Below are positions 34,984-48,973 of a DNA stretch of 64,000 nt, piece after piece. Every line of letters begins with the position of its first letter. Positions within the stretch are counted from its first letter, which is position 1. The stretch is taken from positions 1,561,063 through 1,625,062 of the forward strand of contig JAWQFM010000003.1 in the NCBI GenBank assembly GCA_033442325.1. Direction: 5' to 3'. Below the pieces are notes generated by a model. The model made no database searches and was not told where the DNA came from. It saw nothing but the letters and a program-made list of their open reading frames with translations. The position numbers and the translations under genes were made by a program. The stretch is from Salpingoeca rosetta. Taxonomy: Eukaryota; Protista; Choanoflagellata.

Positions 34984-35346
34984 TGTTGTTTCACCTCCCC
35001 TTGCTCGCCCCTCTACGATCTTCTCTTTCCCCTGACTGCTTCCCCTCCCCCTTCTTTCTTTCCTTTTCTCCCCCTGCGCATGGGGCGTTCGTTATGAGAC
35101 GAAGCTCGACCAGCCACACCGCCTTTTACTTGGCTTGCTCTTGCTCTGTTACATTTTAGACATGAGGACCATAAACGCATTCACGATCCCACACTCAACC
35201 GGACAGCGTGTACAAAGGGTACAGGATGATGACACACACGCACACGCATACACGTGGACGCGCACATGCAACAAACACACACACGCGCGCGCACGCACGC
35301 ACGCATACACGCATACACGCATACACACACACAACAAACAAGCGTA

Positions 35347-36461
35347 TCAGAGCCCTGCTAGCTGCTTGATGAGGGCGAGCGTGTGCGGGTGCAAGGGATG
35401 CACCACTTGCTCTTGCCACGTCAGCGCTTCGCACATGCCTGCATGTACCACCCTATTGTCCTCACGGCCACCACCACCACTGCTGCTCGTTACGTTTGCG
35501 TCGCTGGCAATGAGATGCAACGGGTGCGCCCTGCTGCTCCCATGCCGGACGCCAGAGAGTGACGGCTGCGGCACACCCCACGCCCACCAGTCGTCGTCAT
35601 CATCGCCATCACCGTCTCCGCCGCTGCCACCACGACCACCAGCACAGTCACCGCCAGAAGCATCGTCGCACGCACAGTCATCGGCAACGCAAGTGCTGTC
35701 GTGTTTTACTGCTCCTGCTCCTGCTCCTGCTGCTGTGTTGTGCATGTGTGTGCTGGTGCTGGCGCGGGGCAGGCGTTGCATGGCCGCGGTGATGGGAAAC
35801 ACGTGTCCTTCCGTCGTCAACACATATGCTGGGGTTCCTGGCAGTCGACATCAAGTTAGCAGGCCGTGAGTGTGTGGTGAGGGTGGGGAGCACAGCAGGT
35901 CCGTGGCAGTGAAAATTGGACGTCGAAGGAAGCGATAGACAGGCAACAGCCGCACAGCACCGAGAACGTGACACAACACAACATAACACAACACGACACA
36001 ACATAACACAATGCAATACAAAGGTGCGCATGTGTAGGCAAACCAACCTGAGGAGTGTAGAACGTTGCCGTCATCAAACAACAGGAACAAGTACCTGTGC
36101 GCAACGCACGAGAGCACACGCACACGCACAAGGTCAGCAGAACGCAAACGCGCACTGATGGGTGTGCTTGTACGCATCTGTGTGTCTGTATTTATCTGTG
36201 TGTGTGTGTGTGTGTCTGTCTGTCTGCCTGTCTGTCTGTATATGTCTGTGTGTGTGTGTGTGTGACTGCCTGCCTGCCTGCCGGCCTGCCTATGCGTGCA
36301 CATGTTGTGTCTGACTTGAGTGTTTCGCTGAGGAAGAAGCTCTCCATGCGGTCCTCGTGCGACATCACGCGCACGTCGTGAATCGTCGCATATCCGCACC
36401 GCACACGCGCGTATCGCTGTACAGAAATACATGCACACACACACACATACATCACACAAAG

Positions 36462-36503
<42 letters not shown>

Positions 36504-38988
36504 AATTGCAAATACATCGCTCGTGGACAATGGAGCAAAACACAAAATTCAGGCACATGTTCACAACGTGCACACACACACACACATGCACGCGAACTCA
36601 CACAAGCACGTAAGAAAACATTCGGTTCCAAGTATACACGCCCACACTGCAACAGTCCACGTGTGGGCGCATGCAACGTACTTCGATGTCTGCGAGCATA
36701 TCTGCGCCAACCCGCTGGTAGTAGGTGTTGCCGGTTGCACGGTAGAGCATGTACGTGGACTCCACCGCCTCTGGCCGCAGCGGATATGTGGTAACGTCTG
36801 GCTGGCGGGTGCGGAAGTTGTATCGCTCGGGCATGGCGTGGAAGCGGCGCCAGAGGGCGTGCAGGACCTCGTGGTCAACAACTGCACCGCGCACGTCGCC
36901 CCGCAGCACCTGCGGCCATGGTGATGATGGTGATGATGGTGGTGATGGTGGTGATGGTGGTGGTGGTGTCGTGATTAATGGGAGAGGGAGCGAGACGTAC
37001 AGGTGGGACAGACATGTTTGGCATGACAGACTACATTCACTGCAGGACGGAAGGACGATGGTAAATAGGAAACCACACACACACACACACCACAAACAAA
37101 CACACACACACATGCACTCAAGCACACCCATCCACACAATCGTGCTTTCACACACATTCACACACACATTCACACACACATTCACACACACATTCACACA
37201 CACATTCACACACACATTCACACACACCTTGAGTGCTGGGAGGAATGCCTGCAAGCTGTCGATCCACGGCGCAACAAGGCGACCGGAATACATGTCCACC
37301 TGTCCGTACAGCGGGAGATTGGGCAGGCGCGTGCGGTGCTGTGCTGCTCCAAACGCCGTCTCAAACAGCGACGCCAGCCCTTCGTCCTTGAACAGGATGG
37401 ACCCCTGTTGTATTTGCACGGTTGTCGTGTGCGTGTGACATGAGTTTGTTTTGTAGTTGTGTAAGTGTGTGTATGTGTGTGCATATGGAAGTCGACGTTG
37501 AAAAATGCGTGTAGATGCACACAACATGCAATACTCGACGTGTACACATGTGCACCGTGAGTCCAGCAACCCATGTGTGTGTGCGTGTGTCTGTCTGTCT
37601 GTCTGTGTCTGTGTGTGTGTCTGTCTGTGTGTGTGTGTGCGTGTGTGTGTGTGTGTATCTGTGTCTGTCTGTCTGTGTGTGTGTGTGTCTGTGTCTGTGC
37701 GTGTGCGTGTGCGACCTTGAGGAGGTATTCGAAGAAACTGTCAACGCCAGCACCAAATCCCGACATGGTGTTGATCCACCGGCCCGTGTGCACGTCGATT
37801 GTGTTTCCCAGCAGAAGGGTGCGCTCGCTGTTGAGAACAGAGGAGAAGACAGCAGTATGTAAATGTGGTGCGTGCATGTATGAGTGTGTGTGTGTGTGTG
37901 AGTGAGAGGGTATAGCCACAAACCAGCACCCCACAATCACACTCACACTCACACTCACACTCACACTCACACTCACACTCACACTCACACTCACACTCAC
38001 ACACACACACACACACACACTCACACTCACACTCACACTCACACTCACACTCACACTCACACTCACACTGGCTCGCACCTTCGATAGCTCCAGAGGGCGT
38101 GGAGGGCGCGGCGCGCGGCGCTCTCAAACGTGGGGTCGCCCGTCAGCCGGCTGAAGAATCCGGAAACAGACAGCCATGACACTCATATGAACCATCTCCA
38201 AAGTGCACACGTGCATGTGTACACAGATAACCTCAGATAACCTCCCCCCGACTCCTCTCACTCTCAAATATGCACACACTACTCCCCACCATACGGCAGC
38301 ATGCCTTTCGCTCACACCACCAACCAACCAACCAACCAGCCAACCCTGAAGACAAGCCCCTGCTCCACCGCTGTCACCTCACCTGAGCGCTCCGAATTCA
38401 AGTAGGAGGGAGCCTGCGGCGGCAGTGTTGGTGTCATTTCGCCAAAACGCCCCACGCGGAAGACCAGAGCGCAGGTTGACGCGGGGGAAGGGAAGGCCAG
38501 ACGCTGTCACGTCAAAGGCCGGCAGCAGGCGGGTGGCGAGGTCGCGGGCCATGTGCAGCAGCTCGCCATCGTACATGGGGTCGTGCAGCCCAAACGCAGG
38601 CGTTGTGGCCAGCATGTGCGCAGAGAGAAGCCCGCCAAGCATGCGGATGTTTGCTTCAAACACCTGCACGGTGGTGTCACGGTCAAAGGAGACGGTATCC
38701 ATGGCCAAACGCGCTGCCCGCCAAAACTCGCTGCTGTTGCCCATGACGGCAAGCGTGTCGAGCGTGTCGACCAGCGTCAGGCTGTAGTTCCCCAGCACGT
38801 CGTTGATGTTGATGTTGGTGCGGTCGGCGTCTGCTGAGCGCCCGCGGCAGTGGATCGGGTCCAGCTCATCATGCGGGAAGGCGTGTTGCATGTAGTTGTC
38901 GTACGCAAACGTGAACATGTGCCGCGCTCGCTCCCGGTATGCGGTGGCGTTGAAGGACGGCGACCAGGCATCATTGGACACCAAGCGG

Positions 38989-39045
<57 letters not shown>

Positions 39046-39443
39046 CGTCGTCTTCTCGTTCTTCCTCTTCGTCGCCTCCATTGTTGCGCTCCGCGTCCCT
39101 GTTGCTGCTGTTCCCTTTGCTTTCGCTGCTGTTGTTGTTCTGGCTCTTGTTGTTGCTCATGCTGCCGCTGCTCTTGCTGGCCATGTTGCTGTCGTAGCAC
39201 TGGTGACTGCGCGGGTTTGAGAGGCTCAGCTGGCAACACTGCCGGGTGACTGTCGGCTGCTGTGTGCGGTGCGGACATCGATGCCAGGTTGGCGTGGCGC
39301 TGAACTTGCGCTGTTGGGCCTGCCACATCTGCACGTGACGTGTCCATGTCGTTGTGAGGCGCAGACGCCGCCACGAGCAAGATGAGCGCACAAAGGGTCG
39401 CCAGCACGGCGCGCGGTCGCTGAGCCAGCCTGGTGCAAGCCAT
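35347..39443 (-). CDS. EDEM1: ER degradation-enhancing alpha-mannosidase-like protein (GH47), EDEM1-like, 8 exons
   Basis: Signal/anchor, then [140 protein letters not shown]; ends IKQLAGL* like EDEM1. Confidence 0.92.
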
Positions 39444-39888
39444 GGCGCAAGACCAGGTGCCGGAATCCCGCCTGGCCTGAACTGAATGAATACGAACGCT
39501 GAAGCTGAAACGAGGCTGCCGAGGCGCGGAGACGCCTGGTCGCAAATCGTCAATATCGCCGAGAGACGAAGAAAGAGAAAGAAAGCAACAGGAAAGAGGT
39601 GGTGGAAAGGGAGGAGGACAAGGAATGGGAGCAAGCGGTAGACGAAGAGGTAGACGAAGAACAAATAACAAACTCGAAGCACAGAGTTGATGGGAGAGCC
39701 GCTCAAAAGGGATTTGAGGGATGGAAGTCAAGACACACAAATGAAAATCAAGCGAGGCAGACAAGGGACTGGTATGTACAGATGGGATGGCTCAACTAAG
39801 AATTGAAACTGTGACAGGCTCGACGTATGAAGAGCTCAGACAGAGATGTGCACGGGGGTCATGCAAGAAATAACTCTTGCCCCTGTGT

Positions 39889-40374
39889 TCAGTTGTCCTC
39901 CAACAGAGATGCTTGCAGCGCATGCACCTACATGAGTGCCACCGATTGGAGGGAAACGAAAAAAAAAAAAACGAACAAGGCACGGACACAAGTGAAGAAA
40001 CAACCACAACGGGGGGGGGGGTGAGGACTGAGAGTTGCTTGCGATATGGTACCCAGTACATCACACGTGGCACAAAACCACAAGGAAACAACCAGGCACG
40101 GACTCAACACCACGCGCACAACACACACATTCACACAACACACACACATTCACACAACGCACACATTCACACACAAGCATACACACAAGCAGACACACAT
40201 TCACACCTGTTGGAGGAGGCCTGTGTTGGTGTGGGAGATGTCAATATTCAACACGTCACCCACGGTGATTGTGCCTGGGAGTAGGGCCAATGGGAACTTG
40301 ATTTCCACGTGGTCATCCGTCATCAACACAACAGTGACACCCTCATCCACCACACGCTGCACCACAACGCGCAT
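39889..40374 (-). CDS. 68-aa micro-protein resembling the Chs5 N-terminal (exomer dimerisation/ChAP-binding) module; 2 exons (40374-40207, 39927-39889)
   Basis: MRVVVQRVVDEGVTVVLMTDDHVEIKFPLALLPGTITVGDVLNIDISHTNTGLLQQ|VHALQASLLEDN*. Phase-0 intron CAG|gtgtga..tag|GTG with GT-rich content typical of this genome. Pattern LxTxDHxxIxFPxxLLP-x5-G and terminal (L/I)QAxxLE recall yeast Chs5 residues 1-77. Confidence 0.72.
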
Positions 40375-40474
40375 CTCCTCCAAACTAGCACACCACAGGC
40401 AGGAAGGAGAGGAACAAAGGTTGTGCGTGTTGCTTTGTTTGGTTGTGCGTGTGTCTGTGTCAGCGTTGGAGTGT

Positions 40475-40505
40475 GACTGAAATCAGTTACGACGACTGAA
40501 TTCAG
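40475..40505. promoter_or_regulatory. Two copies of the palindromic motif (GACTGAAATCAGT 40475-40487; GACTGAATTCAG 40494-40505) in a 150-bp bidirectional promoter
   Basis: Lies between the micro-gene ATG (40374, minus) and the DIS3 ATG (40525, plus). Confidence 0.5.
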
Positions 40506-40524
40506 GTTTGAGAGAAGAGGCAGC

Positions 40525-42129
40525 ATGCTGCGAGCCAAGAAGTTTGCTCGGAAGACAAAGTCCGGCCGCGTGCTCACGGTGAGCAGGGAACACTACCTCC
40601 GTGATGACATCGGCTGCTCCATCCAAGGTATGCTGCTGGTGGAGATACTGCAAGTGCAAGAACAGTGTGGAGAGGGGGAATGGGGAGACAAGGGAGAGAG
40701 AGAAGGTAAGGAGGCAGAGACACGCATCGCGTACATTTTTGCTACGTGTGTGTGTGTGATTGTGTGTGTGTGTGTATCGCTCTGATTGCGAATGTGCTTG
40801 AGGGTCTGTCTGAAGGAAATGCACACTGTGGTGTTCATCATCTCGGAACGTGCACGCACAACTCGCACGCACAATCCTCACGCACAACTCGCATGCGTGG
40901 AATCTGTGTTGAATCAGGATGTGCGACATGCACCGTCAACCCAGACACGTTGGAGCCAACATCAATCATCCTGCCAGACACAAACGTCATCCTGCACCAG
41001 CTGGATGTGCTGGAGCACCAGGCCATCAAGAACGTGATCATCTGCTCCACCGTTTTGGATGAGGTGTGATGACTGCCCACATGCATCAAGGTGTCAAAAG
41101 ACACCAGCTGCGGTGGCACTGCCGGCGCTTCACAACCTCATTTCTCTCGCTCACATCATCTGCCCACGAATGATGCTTGTTTGCCTGTGTGGCGCCTGTG
41201 TGCCTGTGTTCGTGCATGTGACCGTGTGACCGTGTGTCTGTGTGTCTGTGTGTCTGTGTGTGTCCGTGTCTGTGTGCCTGTGTTCGTGCATTTGTGTGTG
41301 TGTATGACTGTGTGTGAAGGTCAAGCACCGCAGCCTTGCAGCCTACAACCGCGTGCGTGCCATGCTCTCGGACAAGAAGCGCCACTTCTACGTGTACAGC
41401 AACGAACATTCAAAGTAGGGCGTACTTTCAATGCGTATTTCTACCGATACATGCCACTGCTTCGCTGTGTGTATGTATGTGTACCCTCAGCGTTTAACAC
41501 ACGACTAACATGTTCGCCACACACACTCGCATACTCACGCACACACACTCACTCACCCCATACGCAGGCACACGTATGTGGAGCAGAACAAGGGCGAGTC
41601 TCCCAACGACCGCAATGATCGCGCCATTCGCGTGTGCGTCAAGTGGTACAACGACCACATCAAACAGGTGATGCCCACTGCCAAGGACGCCAAGGTGATC
41701 CTCCTCACCAATGACGCCGCAAACCTGAAGCTGGCGACCGCTGACGGTGGCATCCCCGGTTACACAGGTCAGCGCATGCACTGGGCAATTTTGAGGTTGG
41801 AAGATGGATTTTGTGCAGCTGAATGGTGTCAGGAACACCAGCGTTGCTTTTGCATTCACTCACCACCACCACCACCACGGCTCACGCATTGCTCTTGCTC
41901 ACACGCAACATGTACAACTTCATCCAACTCGCTTGCACACACACACACACACATACACAAATGCTTGGGTGCCCAGTACATGAGTACGTGCGCCGATTCG
42001 TGGATGATCCTGCTGTCAAAGATCTGCTCGCATATCCAAGCGACACCTTCTCAAAGTACGATGCCTGTGCCTTGACAACAAGTGACGTGAGCGTATGCGT
42101 GTGTGTGTGTGTGTGTGTGTGTGCGTGTC

Positions 42130-42170
<41 letters not shown>

Positions 42171-45100
42171 CTGTGTCTGTGTCTGTGTGTGCGTGTCTGT
42201 GTCTGTGTCTGTGTGTGTGTGTGAGCTTGGAGCGAAGAATGCAAGTGAGTTTGTGGTTTGCTGCTTTGGTGCCTGCTCCTAAACCCACCCACGTGTGTGC
42301 GTGTACACGTACGTGTGTTTATAGGGTGATGGCGCGCGAGGACGAGCTGAGCGAGCCATTTGATGCGTACCTGAACGAGACGGCCATCCAGCAGGGCATC
42401 AAGGGCGGTGTCTACCTGCAGGGCGTCTTCCAAGCATCAAGGTTCGTCGTGGTGGTGGTGGTGGTGGCATGTGTCGATTCACATTGTATTGCAACTCTTG
42501 TTCATGTGCACGTGTACGTGCACAAACATTAACATGAACACGTGCTCGCATACACGCACACACACACGCACATTCCAACACAAATGCACACTCTCACCCG
42601 CTCGTTCGCACATACGCATTCACGTGGGGTCGCTGACATCGATTGCAGGGAGAATCCAAACGAGGGCTTTGTGCGCGTACGCGGGCGAGACGACGCTGTG
42701 CTTGTGATTGGGCGGGACATGAACAGGGCTGTGCAGGGCGATGTTGTGGCACTCTCCCTTCTTCCAAAGGCAGAGTGGAAGGCCCCGCTCGGTACGAACG
42801 ACATGTTGCTGCTCGTTCCACATGCATTTGCGATGTTGATGTTGGTGCACGCCGCGTGCCTCTACCATGAATCTAAACACCTATTGATCTACCCACCCCC
42901 TCACTTTGGTTTTGTCTGTCTGCACGCGCGTGGCGCTGTGGGTGTGTGGGTTTTGCTTCCTCCACTCCTCCACCCTTCCCCTCAAACACCACAACACCCA
43001 CAACGCAACTACACCTGCTATGACTACTGCGACTACAACCACCACTGCAACCAAACCAACACCACCATCACGTCAGATGTTGTGGAGAAGCGCGGTGCGA
43101 ATGTGCTAGTGACGAGCACGAAGCTTGAGGACGAAGACGACGACGCTGTTGTGTCTGAGCCCAAACCAACGGGAAAGATTGTTGGCATTGTGCGGCGCCG
43201 GTGGCGGCCGTACTGCGGTGTGCTTGTGGATGCAAGGCCAACAGACACGCACGTGCTCTTCTCTGCACAGGATGAGCGCATCCCTTATGTGCGCATCCAA
43301 TCGAGCCAGACTGCCGAGCTGATTGGACAGCAGATTGTTGTTGCCATCGACGCCTGGCCCTCAAAATCGCGCTACCCAGTGGTCCGCTGCCCATTCACAC
43401 TCACACTGTGCTTGTTCGTTTGATTGTTTTGTTTTGTTTTGTTTTGTGTGCGTGTGTGTGTGTGTGTGTGTGTGGGTGTGTGTGGGTGGGTGGGGGTGGG
43501 TGGGGGTGGGTGTGTGTGGGTGGGTGGGGGTGGGTGGGGGTGGGTGTGCCGCTGTTCGTTTGTTTGTGTGTGCAGAGAGATGTGTGTGTGCACTTTGGCT
43601 GTGAGAGCATGTCTATCGTTGTTGTGTCCATTCCAGTATGGCTCCTTCCACCCTTTGCTCATCATCATCTTCCCACACCACAATCATCATCGCCTCCGCC
43701 CCCCCCCCCCACTCCTATACCACCAGGGCCACTTCGTACGGCGGCTGGGGCCGATTGGCGACCGGGAAACGGAGACGGAGGTTGTTCTTCTCGAACACGA
43801 CGTCCCTTACGAGGCCTTTTCCCAGGCCGTGCTCGAGTCAGTCAAACACGCATGCACTTGCGTCATGTCGTCATTGTTGTTGCAGCATCACGCTGTGCTT
43901 GCGTATTAATCAGTTGGCCGCGTTTTGTTTGCCCCACAGTTATCACCACTCCTTCACTCCCTCATACCATGAGCTTGGTCAACAACCACCCTCATCTTCA
44001 TCATCCTCACATAACTGCCTGCACATGCTTGTATGCGTGTGTGTGTGTGCGTGTGTGTGTGTGTATGCGTGTGTGTGTATGTGTGCAGCTGCCTGCCCTC
44101 GGAGACGTGGACGTGTTCTGATGCCCCAGACTCGTTGGCGAAGCGCCGCGACCTGCGCCACCTCAACATCTGCTCCGTCGACCCGCCAGGTGATGTCGTA
44201 CTCGCAGCTTTTGCACGATCGTGGTGTTGGTCAACTGATGGTCTCCACCGTTCACATGCGTGTGTGGTGCGTATGTGTGTTCGCATGTGCGCATATGATT
44301 CGCGTTGCAGGATGTACGGACATTGACGATGCCCTCCACGCGCGCGAGCTCGACAACGGCAACTACGAGGTGCTGTGGCGTTTGCTGCCCCTGCTGTGCA
44401 TGTTTATGCATGTGTGTCTATGTCTGTCTATGTCTGTCTGTGCATGCGCACACACACGCATGGACCTTGCCCCTGTGTTGTCTGTCTTGTGGCTGCTCAC
44501 CCCTGCGTCCATATGCACACTTCCTCCGCGCCACACCAGATTGGGGTGCACATTGCAGATGTGACGTACTTTGTGCGCCCAGGCAGTGCGCTGGACAAGG
44601 AAGCCGCCAAACGCGGCACAACCGTGTACCTTGCAGACCGCAGGTCGGGTCGGTGGTGACACGTCCGGGGGGGGGCTGCAGTGCAGTGGAGGTGGCGGTT
44701 TGGCGAATGCATTTTTGCTCGGATGGGGGTGATGGTGACCACTGGTGCGAAGTTGTAGGCACTGGTGGCAACGCGCTTTGCTGACGTTTTGCGCCCTTGT
44801 GCTCCACCCTCGCTCCACATCCTTTGTGACGCTACTGCGTGCTTGTCTGTGTGTCTGTGTCTGTGTCTGTATCTGTGCCTGTGCCTGTGTGTCTATCTAT
44901 GTGTGTGTGTGTCCATATGTGTGCGTGTGTGTGTGTGTGCAGGATTGACATGGTTCCTGGGCTGCTCAGCTCGAACTTGTGCTCTCTTCGTGGCGGCGAG
45001 GAGCGGTTTGCCTTCTCCTGTGTTTGGGAGATCACCAAAGAGGTGTGGTGCACGCATGCAAATCAGGCGCCTGCAGTGATGGACAGAGAGAGGGGGGGTT

Positions 45101-45384
45101 GAGTGACATTGAGTGAGAGCGCGTGGGAGGTGGTTGTGGGAGGTGGTTGTGGAAGGTGGATGTGGAAGATGGATGTGGAAGTGTGTGACTGGTCGATCCT
45201 ATGTGATGTGACCTCACCGCTGCCACACCAACAACTGTTGTCCCCATTGCAGGCTGAGATTGTCTCGACCGAGTTTTTCAAGTCCATCATCAAGTCCAAG
45301 GTGTGCTTCCCTGTCATAGAGGCAGAGGGTCTCGTACATGTACACACACACACTCGGATAAGAAAGCAACGAGAATGCGGGCGT

Positions 45385-45453
<69 letters not shown>

Positions 45454-46467
45454 CGCACCCATTCACACTCCCACGCTCCACCATCCGCTGCTATTATTGT
45501 TATTGATCTTGTCTGCAGTCGGCAATGATGTATTCGGAAGCGCAGATGCGCATCGATGACAAGTCGGACAACTCCGAGCTCACACAGAGTGAGGCCACAT
45601 TACCTTGAAACACGTGCCTTCCTCCCCTCATGTTTTGCATGCGTGTGCATGCGTGTGCATGCGTGTGCGCGTGTGTGAGACCGTTCTTTCTTATGCTTGC
45701 TTGATGTGTGTTTGCATCTGACGATGAGGGCTGCTTGCTCCTGGATTCATGCTCGCTGTTGTTCACGTGCCCCGACGTTCGCTCCCCCCCCCCCCGCAAC
45801 CTCTCAACCGCGTGCAGGTCTGCGCGTTCTCAACTCTCTGGCGAAGAAACTGCGCCGTCGCCGCATCGAACGTGGCGCCCTCATGCTTGCATCGACAGAG
45901 GTCCATGCTTGCATTTGTGGACACACGCACCCACCCACCCACGCACGCACGCACACACACACGCGCGCATATGTTGCATGTACACCTTCGCGAGCACTGT
46001 ACACTCGCGTCTCGCGCAGAAGCACACACGCAAGCGCATATTCCCCATGGTACCCCTCTCTGACGTGTGCATGTGTGCGGTTGCAATGTGTCTCCTCCTC
46101 CTCTTCCTTCTCCTCTGCCACAGGTGCGCTTTAGTATGGACAACGAGACCAACGACCCCGTGGACATGAAGATCAAGGAGCAGTACGAGACAAACTCCAT
46201 GGTCGAGGTGCGCTGTTGCTGCTGGTGTTGCATGACTGCGATCCTGCCTGAGTGAATGTTCCTGTTGCTCTTGCTGACACTCGCGGCTATTAATGACTCG
46301 ACACGTGTGCGCGGTTGTACGTGTGTGCTCACTCGTGGGTGCAGGAGTTTATGCTGTTGGCCAATGTGTCGACCGCTGAGCACATTTTCCGCCACTTTCC
46401 GCAGTGCGCTGTTCTTCGTCGTCACCCGTCCCCGCCACCAGCAAACTTTGAACCCCTCCTCAAGGCG

Positions 46468-46527
<60 letters not shown>

Positions 46528-47066
46528 GCGTGTGTGTGTGCGTGTGTGTGTGTGTGTGTGTGGTGTGATGTAATGTAATGTGATGTGTGCTTTGCGTGAC
46601 TGAAACCTCTGTGCGTTGCGTGTGCAGGCGCATGTTGCTGGTGTTGAGCTGAGCACTGCGAGTTCAAAGGAGCTTGCTGTCTCCCTGGACCGCGCCGCCC
46701 CAGAGGGCAAGCCCTACCTCCGCACCCTCCTGCGCATGCTGGTACGTGTTTGAGGGGCATGTGCTTGCGCGCTTTGAATTGGACTTGGATGCATGTTGCT
46801 GCTGTATCTGCCGTTGCCTGTGCTGAGATTTTGCTCAAGCTGTCTCTTTGCTTTCCCTCGACCCCTTCGTTTGTGTGATGCGTGTTTGTTCGTTTGTGGT
46901 TTTGTTTTGTTTTGTTTTTTGGCCCCGCCCCTCGTTCCAGGCGACCCGCTGCATGATGCAAGCCGTGTATTTCAGCTCGGGCACTGTTCCCCAGACTGAA
47001 TTCAAGCATTACGGTCTTGCCTCCCCCATCTACACCCATTTCACATCTCCAATTCGAAGGTGGAAA

Positions 47067-47116
<50 letters not shown>

Positions 47117-47947
47117 GTTATTGTACACTGTGTCATGTGCAGTGCAGTGGCTTTGCGCGTGTTGACCCTCCTTCCCGAACTGCGTGCTTCTCGCCGTGTG
47201 CAGGTATGCTGATGTGCTCGTGCATCGTCTCCTCGCCGCGTCGATTGGAGCAGACATCACCTATCCAGACCTCCTTGACAAGGTGCCCCGGGCCTGCATG
47301 CAAACAATTTTACAAACGCACACACGCGCACATACACAACCACAGCCATTTGCGCATGCACGCCCATGCAGACGTGCAGTCACGTGGTTGCGCACAGCCG
47401 CCGTTGTAGTCATCCACACGCGCAGGCGACTCACACCCCTCTATCCCCCTCCCTTTATTCCTTTGGTAATTTGCAGGACAAGGTGTCGAGCGTGTGTGAT
47501 GGACTGAACATTCGCAACCGCATGGCGCAATACGCAGCGCGCGCGTCTACCGAGCTCCAGTGCTGCGTCTACTTCAAGGTCGGATGGGGAGACTTGAGGT
47601 TTGGTGGTGATGCGTGTCCGTGGGATGGGTGTGGTGTTGACGGGTTGCTGTTGTGCCGTTTCTTCTTTGTCACTTGCGACAGACTTACGCTCACGCCTGT
47701 ACCGACACACGCACGCGCACACACGCGCGCGTGCACGTGCTATTCGTTATGTGTAGGGGCGCCCCACGGCTGCGACTGGCTACGTGACGCGCGTGCGGAA
47801 GAATGCAGTGCAGGTCCTGGTGCCAACGTTTGGCGTGGAGGGCCCCGTGTACTTTGACCCCATCGATTCATCGAAGACGGCGCCAACGCTCAAATTTGAT
47901 GCAGAACAGCTCACGCTGGACGTCACGCCCGCAGATGGCGGCCAGGT

Positions 47948-47998
<51 letters not shown>

Positions 47999-48559
47999 TG
48001 TGTGTGTGTTTGTGTCTGTGTGTCTGTCTGTGTGTCTGTGTATGTCTGTGTGTCTGTGTGTGTGTGTGTCTGTGTGTGTGTGCACAAATCTGTGTGTGTG
48101 TACACAAGTGTGTGTGTGTTTGTGTCTGTGTCTGCCATTGTCTGCCTGTCCGCGTCTGTGGCACGTGTGACTGTCGCGTCCTCTCCGTGGCTTGGCTGAC
48201 CGGGGTGCTGTTGCTTGCAGGCCACGACCTTCAAAGTGTTTGATGAGGTGCAGGTGCTCATCCAGGTTGACGAATCAGACGCCCAGCGACGCAGGTCAGC
48301 ATTGCTTGCGAGCGCTTTTCTGTTTGCGGGCGGTTTTGCGCGTGCGTGGATGTGTGCGCTCAGGTGCTGTTGCGATTGCCTGCTGCCAGCCGCGCATCAC
48401 GTGCGAAACGCTCACGTGTGTGCATTTGCATGGTGTTGCAGGATTGTGCTGAAGTTGATGAACCCAGCTGTTGCCGGTGTGTCGGTGAGTGCGCCGAAAG
48501 ACGTCGACGTTGAGCCGGGTCTCGCCGACGAGGGCGCCATTGTCGAAGACATCACAGGT

Positions 48560-48593
<34 letters not shown>

Positions 48594-48895
48594 GTGGTGC
48601 GGGGCCCGGTGGCGACGCCATGCATACTGACGAGGATGGTGGTGACGAGGATGAGGATGATGGTGCTGTGGCGCAAGAGGACGCAAAGGATGTGGCGAGG
48701 AAGAGTGGCGGTGCGGGCAGCACGCCTGGGTCCGCAAGGAAAGGTGCTGACGCAAAGAAGAAGGGAAAGGCGGCAAAGGCCAAGAAACAGTCGACAACGC
48801 CGAAGAAGCAGGACAAGGCTGCAAAGCGCCGTGCGTCCAAGAAGAAGGGGAAGAACTCGACCAAGCGCAGCAAGCGGTCGTACTCGCAGGAGTAG
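40525..48895 (+). CDS. DIS3: Exosome catalytic subunit DIS3/RRP44 (CR3, PIN, CSD, RNB, S1), about 23 exons
   Basis: [65 protein letters not shown] (RNB catalytic Asp), [48 protein letters not shown]; K-rich C-terminal tail; stop 48895; AATAAA at 49024. Confidence 0.96.
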
Positions 48896-48904
48896 TTGGC
48901 CTGC

Positions 48905-48906
<2 letters not shown>

Positions 48907-48971
<65 letters not shown>
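48907..48971. repeat. (GT)n microsatellite 12 nt after the DIS3 stop codon
   Basis: Pure GT run. Confidence 0.95.

Positions 48972-48973
<2 letters not shown>

Noticed and set aside
46995-47006. GACTGAATTCA copy inside DIS3
   Set aside because: Falls in coding sequence (QTEFK); treated as a chance background occurrence of the promoter palindrome.
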